Part shown: positions 1 to 8,070 of the stretch, one piece after another
Numbering within the stretch: position 1 is the stretch's first letter
Layout: every line of letters starts with the position of its first letter
From: Thermoplasmatota archaeon
GTDB taxonomy: Archaea > Thermoplasmatota > Penumbrarchaeia > Penumbrarchaeales > Penumbrarchaeaceae
NCBI GenBank assembly: GCA_029762535.1
Contig: JARVGK010000008.1
Span: forward strand, 32,001 to 96,000
Reading direction: 5' to 3'
DNA: 64,000 bases
Translations under genes and position numbers: made by a program
The notes under the pieces: model-generated
What the model was told of the DNA's origin: nothing
The model's database searches: none
The model's input: the letters and a program-made list of their open reading frames with translations, nothing else

Positions 1-967
1 GATCATCATCCCCGACTCGGCCCACGGAACCAACCCGGCTTCGGCAGTGATGGCCGGGTTCAAGGTCATCGAGATCAAGTCCGCCCCCGACGGTTCGGTG
101 GACCTGGACGCATTGAAAGGCGCCCTCTCCGAGAGGACTGCTGCGTTCATGATAACCAACCCCTCTACCCTGGGCATATTCGAGAAGAACATATGTGAGA
201 TACAGCAGGCATGCCACGATGCGGGAGCGCTTCTGTATTACGACGGGGCGAACTTAAACGCGTTGATGGGGATCTCAAGGCCGGGGGACATGGGCTTTGA
301 CATCATGCACTACAACCTGCACAAGACCTTCTCAACCCCACACGGCGGCGGTGGGCCAGGGGCCGGACCCGTCGCGGTAACGGCCGAACTGGCAAAATTC
401 CTACCCGTCCCGGTGGTGGTGAAGGAGGGCAACACCTACAAGCTAGATCACGACAGGCCTGATTCGATCGGCAAGGTCAAGGGCTTCTACGGGAACGTGG
501 GGGTCCTTATCAGGGCATGGGCCTACATCAAGACCCTTGGGGCGGAGGGGTTGAAAAGGACCTCGGAACTGGCGGTCCTCAATGCATCCTACATAAGATC
601 GAGAATAGAGTCCGTATATCCCGTGCCGTTCAACGCACCGTCGAAGCACGAGTTCGTTGCCTCCGCGGATTTCCTCAAGGAGAATGGGGGTTCCGCCAAG
701 GATGTCGCAAAGATGCTGGCAGAGAGAGGCCTGCATCCGCCTACGAACTACTTCCCCCTTATCGTAAGCGAGGCGCTGATGATCGAACCGACCGAGAGCG
801 AGACGATGGAGGAACTGGACAGGTTCTGCGATGCTCTTCTCGATATAGCCAAGTCGGATCCGGAAGAGTGGAAGAAGGCCCCGCGAACCACGACCGTCTC
901 AAGGGTCGATGACATAACCGCCGCCAAGAACCTGATCCTCAACTGGAACCAGTTACCCAGGGAATGA
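1..967 (+). CDS. gcvPB: Glycine dehydrogenase (decarboxylating) subunit 2, 5'-truncated by window edge
   Basis: TNPSTLG, YYDGANLNA, PLP-lysine motif NLHKTFSTPHGGGGPG, EALMIEPTESE; the frame continues upstream of 47 (IIIPDSAHGTNPASA). Confidence 0.95.
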   Translation, partial: IIIPDSAHGTNPASAVMAGFKVIEIKSAPDGSVDLDALKGALSERTAAFMITNPSTLGIFEKNICEIQQACHDAGALLYYDGANLNALMGISRPGDMGFDIMHYNLHKTFSTPHGGGGPGAGPVAVTAELAKFLPVPVVVKEGNTYKLDHDRPDSIGKVKGFYGNVGVLIRAWAYIKTLGAEGLKRTSELAVLNASYIRSRIESVYPVPFNAPSKHEFVASADFLKENGGSAKDVAKMLAERGLHPPTNYFPLIVSEALMIEPTESETMEELDRFCDALLDIAKSDPEEWKKAPRTTTVSRVDDITAAKNLILNWNQLPRE

Positions 968-979
968 AAATTGAATAGC

Positions 980-2212
980 TCAAAAATCACCCATCATGAA
1001 CAGGGTCGCTATGACCTTGCAGTCGCTTATCATATTATCCACGAGGATGTGCTCGTTCGGCGCATGGGCCTGGTTCAAAACCGTCTCCCAGACAGCCACC
1101 TCGAACCCGGCGTTCCGGAGCATTGCAGCGCAGGTGCCACCTCCTATCCCCCCTGTATAGGCCTTCTTCCCGGTCGCCATCTCGATAGCGCGTGAGAGAT
1201 TTCTTACGATCATGGCATCCGGCCCGGTGGGATGGATGGTTCTCTCGTTGAGGACCACCTCGAGATCGATCCTTACTCCAGTCCTTGATTCTATATCATC
1301 CGCGACCCCTCTCATCACCGATAGGACATCCTCAGCATCATACAGAGGTAAAAGCCGGCAGTCCATGTAAAAGACATCCTCACCAGGCAGCACGTTGATC
1401 CCCGACACACCTGGTTCCCTTTTGGTAGGTTCGAAACTGGAAAGAGGGTGATCGAACGAATCGTCCCTCTGGTCAAAGCGCTCATGGAGCGCCCGATCCG
1501 CTTCGGATCCGAACATCATGGACGCCCTGAAGGCGTTGTTGCCCAGGTGGGGCATGCTTGCGTGACATTGCTTTCCCTTGACCTTTACCCTGACCCAGAG
1601 AAGGGATTTCTCACCGATCTCGATCATTCTCCCTTCAGGCTCTCCGTGATCGGGGACGAGGATGAGGTCGCTATCTCGAAAAACGCCCTCTTTGAGAAGA
1701 TGGCCGATACCTTTCTCGTTCGTCTCCTCCTCGTCGGAGACGAAGAACAGGGCAATATCAAAGGCTGGTTCCGCTCCGGTATCGAGAAGCGCCCTGGCCG
1801 CGAATATGGAGGCGGTAAGGGCCTGTCCGTTGTCCTCGGCGCCCCTGCCCGTGACCTGGCCATCCCGGACCTGAGCGTCGAAGGGATCGGACTCCCATGC
1901 GCCCGGATCGCCGGGCGGGACGACGTCCATGTGGGTGATCACGACGATCCTCCTATCGGAACTCCGACCCTTTATATCGACCATGATATTGGGCCTGAAA
2001 CCGGAACTCATATCACTGTCGGGAGCATCGAACCGCAGTATTTTCCCGAATCCGCGGTCCCGAAGGTATTTCTGGATGAACGCGGCCTTGTGCTCCTCTC
2101 CGCTGCCTCCCGATCCAGGACCTACGGCGGGTATCGAGATGATGTCGGTAAGGAAGCGAACCATCTCATCCTTATGTCCATCTATATGTTCAAACCACTC
2201 TTTATCGGCCAT
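980..2212 (-). CDS. M20 family (ArgE/DapE-like) metallohydrolase
   Basis: Metal ligands THMDVVP, GRGAEDNG, SDEE, AHAPNE; GKQCHAS. Start re-called to MADKEWF at 2212, 1 bp after the cphA stop. Confidence 0.88.
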   Translation of the reverse strand: MADKEWFEHIDGHKDEMVRFLTDIISIPAVGPGSGGSGEEHKAAFIQKYLRDRGFGKILRFDAPDSDMSSGFRPNIMVDIKGRSSDRRIVVITHMDVVPPGDPGAWESDPFDAQVRDGQVTGRGAEDNGQALTASIFAARALLDTGAEPAFDIALFFVSDEEETNEKGIGHLLKEGVFRDSDLILVPDHGEPEGRMIEIGEKSLLWVRVKVKGKQCHASMPHLGNNAFRASMMFGSEADRALHERFDQRDDSFDHPLSSFEPTKREPGVSGINVLPGEDVFYMDCRLLPLYDAEDVLSVMRGVADDIESRTGVRIDLEVVLNERTIHPTGPDAMIVRNLSRAIEMATGKKAYTGGIGGGTCAAMLRNAGFEVAVWETVLNQAHAPNEHILVDNMISDCKVIATLFMMGDF

Positions 2213-2213
2213 A

Positions 2214-4880
2214 TCAGTCCTCATTCGATGGGTCAATTGACTGCATTTCGCGTTTGCGGGACGTGTATTCCCTGAGAGAGTCCTCCTTGTAATCCAATAC
2301 GTCCTGTATGACCTGCTGGACATTATCCGCCTGAAGGACCACCACATCGCCCTTACGTGCCATGTCAAGGGCATACCTTGTCGCTTCCCTGCCGTCGAAC
2401 ACCATCGATATGTCCTCTTCTTTCAAACCGCCTTCGACAAGGCCTTGCTTGACGAGGCCCGCCACCTCCCCCAGGGGGCGGCCCCGCGGGTCCGTATCGG
2501 CGATGACAACATGGTCGTAGTATCTGGAGAGGGTGAGGCCGTACTCCTTGATGTCCTCATCCCTGCGGTTTCCAGTTCCTGCCGCCATGCGGATCCTCCT
2601 GCCCGGTGCCAGATGGGGTAGCAGCTCTCCAGTTGCCTTGATCGCGCCCATGTTATGTCCGAAATCTATTATCGCCTTGAAATCCCGGACCTCGATTATG
2701 TTCATCCTGCCGGGAGATAGGCCCAATGACGGGCTGAAGCTGACCAGCCCCGCCCTTATCTGCTTCTCGTTCAGGCCCAGGGCGGATGCGGCTGCCGCCG
2801 CGGCCATTGCGTTAAGGATGTTGAAGGTCGCTTTGCCCCCAAGGGTTATCGGCACCTCGACCACCTTGGCGACATTGGATGTCCACCCACCTTTCTGAAT
2901 GATGATGGTCTCGTCTTTGACGGTAACGTTCATGCTGCCTTTGTTCAGATTCTCTTTAAGGGCAGGGTTCTCGGGGTCCAATGAGAATAATATCGGCATA
3001 CCGCCTGCCTTGTCCCTGAGTTTGAGAACGATCGGATCGTCCGCGTTCAGGACGGAGTATCCTGTCTCCTTAACGGTCTCCACCACGATACCCTTCAGGT
3101 TCGCCAGGTCCTCCAAGGTATCGATGCCCCCTTCCCCGAGGTGATCGGAGGTCACGTTCAAGAGGACACCAACATCGCTCTCGTAAAAACCAAGCCCCCT
3201 TCTGAGGATCCCGCCCCTGGCCACCTCAAGGACCGCATGGTCTATGGTGGAATCCATAAGTACTACCTTTGCCCCGCCCGGGCCGCTGTAATCACCGACC
3301 AGTATGGGATCGTTGTTAACGACCACCGCATCCGTGGAGGTCATACCCACCCTGGCGCCGTTAAGTTCCAGAATGTGGGAGATCAGGCGGACGGTGGTCG
3401 TCTTGCCGTTGGTCCCGGTAACGGCAATTATCGGCACCTTGAACTCCTTTCCCGGAGGGAAGAGCATGTCAAGCACTTTTGCCGAGACGTTCCTGGGCTT
3501 TCCCTCCGAAGGGCTCAGGTGCATCCTGAACCCCGGGGCTGCATTGACCTCGATAACGGCCCCGCAGCCTTCGCATATCGGTTGGCTGAGATCGTTGGCG
3601 ATCATATCGATCCCCATCACGTTGAGGCCCACGATCTTGGATATCCTCTCGGCCATGGCCCTGTTGACCGGGTGCACATCATCCGTGACGTCGATCGCCT
3701 TCCCTCCTGCGCTCAGATTGGCCGTCGATTTGATGTAGACCTTCTCGCCCTCCCTCAACACCGTTTCGAGCGTCATCTGTTTGAACTTGAGCAGCCTCTC
3801 CGTCATGTAGTCTATCTTGATCCTTGTCAGGTTCTTTTCGTGTCCGAAACCCCTCGCTGGGTCGCTGTTGATCGCTTCGATGAGCTCCCTGATCGTTGAG
3901 GTGCCATCTCCAACAACGTAGGCTGGCTCTCTTAATGCAGCCGCGGTGAACTTCCCGTCTATGACGAGTATCCTGAAATCGAAACCCGCGATGAATCTCT
4001 CGATGAGCACCGTTCGGTTGTACTTCCTGGCCACCTCGTAGGCGATCTCGAGTTCCTCTCGTGTCCTGATATCGGTGGTTATCCCCTTTCCATGGTTGCC
4101 GGAGAGAGGTTTCACCACAACGGGATAACCGATCCTGTCCGCAATTCGGCATGCCTCATCGAGCTCCCAGGCCGAATAACCCTTTGGTACCGGAATACCC
4201 ATACGATCGAGCATCTCTTTGGCCCTCTCCTTGTCATCGGCGATCTCCACGCCTATGGATGAGGTGTTGTCCATCATCGTCGCCTGTATCCTTCTCTGGT
4301 GGACGCCGTATCCCAGCTGGACATAGCTCTCGTCGTTGAGCCTTATGACCGGTATATCCCTCTTCTTGGCCTCATCGACGATGGACTGCGTCGAGGGGCC
4401 GTAGAGGTTCTTTTCCCTTATCTCCTTGAGTTCGTAGACGACCTTCCTGATGTCCACATCCTCTCCCTTGAAAAGGCTCTCAACGATACGTACGGCGGCC
4501 CTGCCCGCCTCGATCCCGACCTGCTCATCACGGTAGCGGAAGACCACATGATAGATGCCCTTCCTTTTTGTGTCGAAGGTCTTGCCGAAACCCACCTCGG
4601 TCCTCGCCAGACACTGCAGTTCTATTGAGACATGTTCGACCACGTGCCCGGCCCAGGTCCCGTCTTCGATCCTCTTGAAGAAACCTCCCTCCGTACCAAC
4701 TGAACAACGATGTTCTCTAAGCGAAGGGATCGCCTCTTCGATCCTCTTCCTGAACCCCGGGACCTTGTCCGTGGGCGTTTCCTCCAGATCGCCGATGTCC
4801 AGTTCCATGAACACTGTCGGATATCGGCTGTAGTAATTCGGACCTCTGAGAGCGCGTATCTCCAATATTTCCATATTCAT
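2214..4880 (-). CDS. cphA: Cyanophycin synthetase (CphA1 type)
   Basis: N domain (LRGPNY, HRC-x19-HVVEH), QLGYGVHQRRIQAT, ATP-grasp (VVKPLSGNHGKG, NLSAGG, EVNAAPG), Mur-ligase-like domain (VTGTNGKTTT, LEVARGGILRRGL, DHLG, PGRMN); about 888 aa. Start placed at MNMEIL after a G-rich SD. Confidence 0.95.
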   Translation of the reverse strand: MNMEILEIRALRGPNYYSRYPTVFMELDIGDLEETPTDKVPGFRKRIEEAIPSLREHRCSVGTEGGFFKRIEDGTWAGHVVEHVSIELQCLARTEVGFGKTFDTKRKGIYHVVFRYRDEQVGIEAGRAAVRIVESLFKGEDVDIRKVVYELKEIREKNLYGPSTQSIVDEAKKRDIPVIRLNDESYVQLGYGVHQRRIQATMMDNTSSIGVEIADDKERAKEMLDRMGIPVPKGYSAWELDEACRIADRIGYPVVVKPLSGNHGKGITTDIRTREELEIAYEVARKYNRTVLIERFIAGFDFRILVIDGKFTAAALREPAYVVGDGTSTIRELIEAINSDPARGFGHEKNLTRIKIDYMTERLLKFKQMTLETVLREGEKVYIKSTANLSAGGKAIDVTDDVHPVNRAMAERISKIVGLNVMGIDMIANDLSQPICEGCGAVIEVNAAPGFRMHLSPSEGKPRNVSAKVLDMLFPPGKEFKVPIIAVTGTNGKTTTVRLISHILELNGARVGMTSTDAVVVNNDPILVGDYSGPGGAKVVLMDSTIDHAVLEVARGGILRRGLGFYESDVGVLLNVTSDHLGEGGIDTLEDLANLKGIVVETVKETGYSVLNADDPIVLKLRDKAGGMPILFSLDPENPALKENLNKGSMNVTVKDETIIIQKGGWTSNVAKVVEVPITLGGKATFNILNAMAAAAAASALGLNEKQIRAGLVSFSPSLGLSPGRMNIIEVRDFKAIIDFGHNMGAIKATGELLPHLAPGRRIRMAAGTGNRRDEDIKEYGLTLSRYYDHVVIADTDPRGRPLGEVAGLVKQGLVEGGLKEEDISMVFDGREATRYALDMARKGDVVVLQADNVQQVIQDVLDYKEDSLREYTSRKREMQSIDPSNED

Positions 4881-4888
4881 ACCCCCCG

Positions 4889-5761
4889 TCATCTGCAAAC
4901 CAGTTCCAAGCATTCCATGTCCTCTGGCTTGAGGTACTTCATTTCCTTTAAATTATAACCATAACCCCGGACCAGAGTATGAAGATGTACGTTCTCCACA
5001 GCGATCGCATCACCTTGTTTGATAGTTGTGATGTTCGAATACCTGATGTGGCGCCCGTCGAATATCACAACAAGACCCGATCCTATGGCCTTTATTATAT
5101 GCCCCCTCTCTATGACGACACCGGTGTTCTCCCCGAGGCCCAAGCCTATATGTCCTGGGTTGGTGCTCGCTATCTGCATCAAGCGGCTGAACCTTCCCCT
5201 TTTTATGAAATGACTGTCGATAATCACGTTGTTTATGAGTCCGATCCCGGCGGTCACATTGACGGTTCCTTTAAGGATCGCTTCCGAGGCCTCCCCGCCG
5301 TAGATCATGGTCTCCGACATCGCGCTCGCTCCCGCGCTAGTTCCGGCGATGATCGCTCCGTCGTTGAAATACCTGGACCTGACCTCTTTGAGGATCCCGG
5401 TCCCTCCGAGAATGCTTGTTATGCGGAGTTGGTCTCCGCCTGTGAAGAATATGATGTCCGCCTCATGGACCCTGGCTATTAACGACCCATCATTCCCCTT
5501 ATCACGACTATCAACATGCATCAGATCTATATCGTTCCCGCCTATCTTCCCGAAGGCTTTGAGATACTGTTTCCCAACCTCGTTTGGGATCTCGCTCGCG
5601 GTCGTGATGACCTCGATCCTGACGACATCCTTCCTCGCCAGGGATATGATCGTCCTCAGGATCGAAAGATCGTGCTTCTTGTCCTCGTTGCCTCCGACGG
5701 CGACCAGGATCCCTTTCGGTTCCTGAAAGGACGACGGCCCTCTTTCCGAGAAATGGGTCAT
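4889..5761 (-). CDS. cphB: Cyanophycinase (peptidase S51), intracellular
   Basis: VGGNEDK, FFTGGDQLRI, nucleophile GTSAGA, IDSHF..RGRFSRL, GLGE; no signal peptide; directly upstream of cphA. Confidence 0.93.
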   Translation of the reverse strand: MTHFSERGPSSFQEPKGILVAVGGNEDKKHDLSILRTIISLARKDVVRIEVITTASEIPNEVGKQYLKAFGKIGGNDIDLMHVDSRDKGNDGSLIARVHEADIIFFTGGDQLRITSILGGTGILKEVRSRYFNDGAIIAGTSAGASAMSETMIYGGEASEAILKGTVNVTAGIGLINNVIIDSHFIKRGRFSRLMQIASTNPGHIGLGLGENTGVVIERGHIIKAIGSGLVVIFDGRHIRYSNITTIKQGDAIAVENVHLHTLVRGYGYNLKEMKYLKPEDMECLELVCR

Positions 5762-5787
5762 GGAAGCATGACTTGAGTTTCAGAAGA

Positions 5788-5795
5788 TATTTAAA
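5788..5795 (-). promoter_or_regulatory. Candidate archaeal TATA box of the cphB-cphA-M20 operon
   Basis: TTTAAATA on the minus strand about 27 bp upstream of the cphB ATG, a spacing typical of a leaderless archaeal transcript. Confidence 0.55.
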
Positions 5796-5923
5796 CCCAC
5801 GCTCCAACCGGCCTATAACCGCTCACGGCGATGTATGTTCCAGAATACCGGGGTATATACATTAATAAAGCAAGAATCGATGCGGTATGGGCCGGATCAC
5901 TTAACGGTAAAGGATGTGCGGAT

Positions 5924-7345
5924 ATGACGGATAGCGACAACACGATGGAGATCATCGTCGTCGGACTGGGTGCGAGCGGCCTCTACGCGGCAAAGAGCGC
6001 ACTCAGCCAGAACAGACAGGGCCATGTGACCATCATCGAGAAAAGGGATTTCGACCAGTTCTCACCCTGTGGCCTACCGTTCGTCATAGAGGGTATCGTT
6101 CCTGACTTCGAACACCTCAAACACGTCGTCCCCGAGGTAAAAGGGAAGCTATCCAAGCTCCTGAGGCACGAGGTCCTCTCGGTGGATCATGATAACAGGA
6201 CCTTGAAGGTAAGGGACCTCTCCACGAATGAAGATAAGGATATCGGGTACGACGCATTGATACTTTCGAACGGGTCGATCCCAGTGAACCTTCCCATCCC
6301 GGGAGCGAAAGAACTGCTGGGAAAAGGGGTATTCTTCTGCTCGAGCATCGACGATTCATCGGACATACTTGAAACCGCACTCAACGCTCCAGGAAAAAGG
6401 GCCGTTGTGGTCGGAGGAGGTGCCATAGGCCTCGAGGTCGCAGTGGCCTTGAAGGAAAGAGGGTTGGACGTATGCGTGACGAAGAGAACCCCTCCCCCGT
6501 TCCCGAGGAACCTCGACCCCGAAATGGGGAAACTGATAACCGACCATCTCATAGAGCTGGGCATCGATGTGAGGTTCGGCAAGGGAATCGACGCCATAAA
6601 CGGGAGCGACATTGTGACCTCCGTCACCATTCAGGGGGAGGAGGTCCCCTGCGACCTCGTCGTGATGGCGGTAGGTACACGACCCAACACCTCACTGGCC
6701 GAAAGCACAGGCTGCTTGACGGTCAGGGACGGTATAGTGGTCGATAACAGGATGGAGACGACCGTCAAAGGGATCTTCGCCACGGGGGACTGCGTCAGGA
6801 CATATTCCCGCATCGACGGCACGTCGGCCACCATGCAGCTTGCCACATCCGCTTTCAGGCAGGGCATGGTAGCCGGGACCAATGCCGCAGGAGGCAATGT
6901 GGGATATGATGGTGTGCTCAACACGTTCCTCACCAAGATAGGGAGGTTGGAGATCGCATCCACCGGATACACGCTCGAGCAGGCGAAGGCCTTGGGATAT
7001 GATGCGATCGGGATATCGACCAGGAAGGAGATCAAGCCCCATTACATGCCCGACTGCCCCGATATCAACCTCAGGGTCGTATGCGAGAAGATTGACGGCA
7101 GGATACTAGGCTTCCAGGCCGTCGGCGAACAGGGCGCCGGGTGGAGGGCAAATATATTCGCCCTTGCGATACAGGCAAGGATGACCTTGCAGGATATCAT
7201 GGATGCTGAGCTGTCCTACAATCCTCCGGTATCCCAGATGTACGATCCGATCTACCAGCTTGTCGAGATAGCCCTCAAGAGGCTGAGGCTGGAATTCCCT
7301 TCCCCGAAGGAGGTCTTCATTCCGGATGAGCAGAAGAGGTGGTAG
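5924..7345 (+). CDS. FAD-dependent pyridine nucleotide-disulfide oxidoreductase (NADH oxidase / CoA-disulfide reductase family)
   Basis: GLGASG dinucleotide fold, single-Cys FSPCGLP, VVGGGAIGLE, IFATGDC, YNPP C-terminal motif; start probably MTDSDN at 5924. Confidence 0.88.
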   Translation: MTDSDNTMEIIVVGLGASGLYAAKSALSQNRQGHVTIIEKRDFDQFSPCGLPFVIEGIVPDFEHLKHVVPEVKGKLSKLLRHEVLSVDHDNRTLKVRDLSTNEDKDIGYDALILSNGSIPVNLPIPGAKELLGKGVFFCSSIDDSSDILETALNAPGKRAVVVGGGAIGLEVAVALKERGLDVCVTKRTPPPFPRNLDPEMGKLITDHLIELGIDVRFGKGIDAINGSDIVTSVTIQGEEVPCDLVVMAVGTRPNTSLAESTGCLTVRDGIVVDNRMETTVKGIFATGDCVRTYSRIDGTSATMQLATSAFRQGMVAGTNAAGGNVGYDGVLNTFLTKIGRLEIASTGYTLEQAKALGYDAIGISTRKEIKPHYMPDCPDINLRVVCEKIDGRILGFQAVGEQGAGWRANIFALAIQARMTLQDIMDAELSYNPPVSQMYDPIYQLVEIALKRLRLEFPSPKEVFIPDEQKRW

Positions 7346-8070
7346 TCACGCCAGAGGAAGTTATCGCATCGAAATGGCATCTGCTCAAGGATGGGACCTT
7401 CGAGATCGATGGCGGATTCCTGGTATACGGCGTCCAGAAATACTACGGGAAGAAATTGACCGCGCATCTCAAACCACTATATGTCGAATCGGGGGATGAA
7501 AGGATACTGATAGACACCGGGATCGGCGATCCCCCGGAGAGGTATTCCTCGACCTACAAGGTGAGGAAGGATGAGGACCTGATGGGATCTCTCAAAGGGA
7601 TCGGCCTCTCTCCCGAGGACATAACGATGGTGATCAACACCCACCTTCACTTCGACCATACGGGCTACAACACGTCTTTCACCAACGCGAGATTCCTCTC
7701 CCAGGTCGATGAGATAAGGTACAGCGCACAGCCAGACAGGTTCCAAAAAGGGGCTTATCTCAAGGACAATATCAAGGACATCGATTTCTTGGCGCTCGAT
7801 GGGGAATGCGAGGTGGCGCCAGGCGTGACCGTTATACCCACACCAGGTCATACGCCCGGACATCAATCGGTCATAGTCGAGCTTGAGCAAGAGGTCCTTA
7901 TCTATACGGGCGATGTCTCTCCCTTGAGGATCAACCTGGAAAAGGACCTGATCGTAGGGGTCCTCCACGACCCTGTGGCGGCGCAGAGGTCCCTATCGAT
8001 TTTATGCGCCCTCTCGGACTGGTTCCCTGAAAAGCTCAAGAGATACATATTCAGCCATGACATGGAGTGA
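7339..8070 (+). CDS. Metallo-beta-lactamase-fold hydrolase (AHL-lactonase-like subgroup)
   Basis: LIDTG, THLHFDH, TPGHTPGHQS, TGD, terminal SHD; overlaps the upstream stop. Confidence 0.85.
   Translation: MVVTPEEVIASKWHLLKDGTFEIDGGFLVYGVQKYYGKKLTAHLKPLYVESGDERILIDTGIGDPPERYSSTYKVRKDEDLMGSLKGIGLSPEDITMVINTHLHFDHTGYNTSFTNARFLSQVDEIRYSAQPDRFQKGAYLKDNIKDIDFLALDGECEVAPGVTVIPTPGHTPGHQSVIVELEQEVLIYTGDVSPLRINLEKDLIVGVLHDPVAAQRSLSILCALSDWFPEKLKRYIFSHDME

Noticed and set aside
2213-2374. N-terminal extension of the M20 ORF to 464 aa
   Set aside because: It overlaps the cphA 3' end in another frame; family-like sequence begins at MADKEWF (2212).
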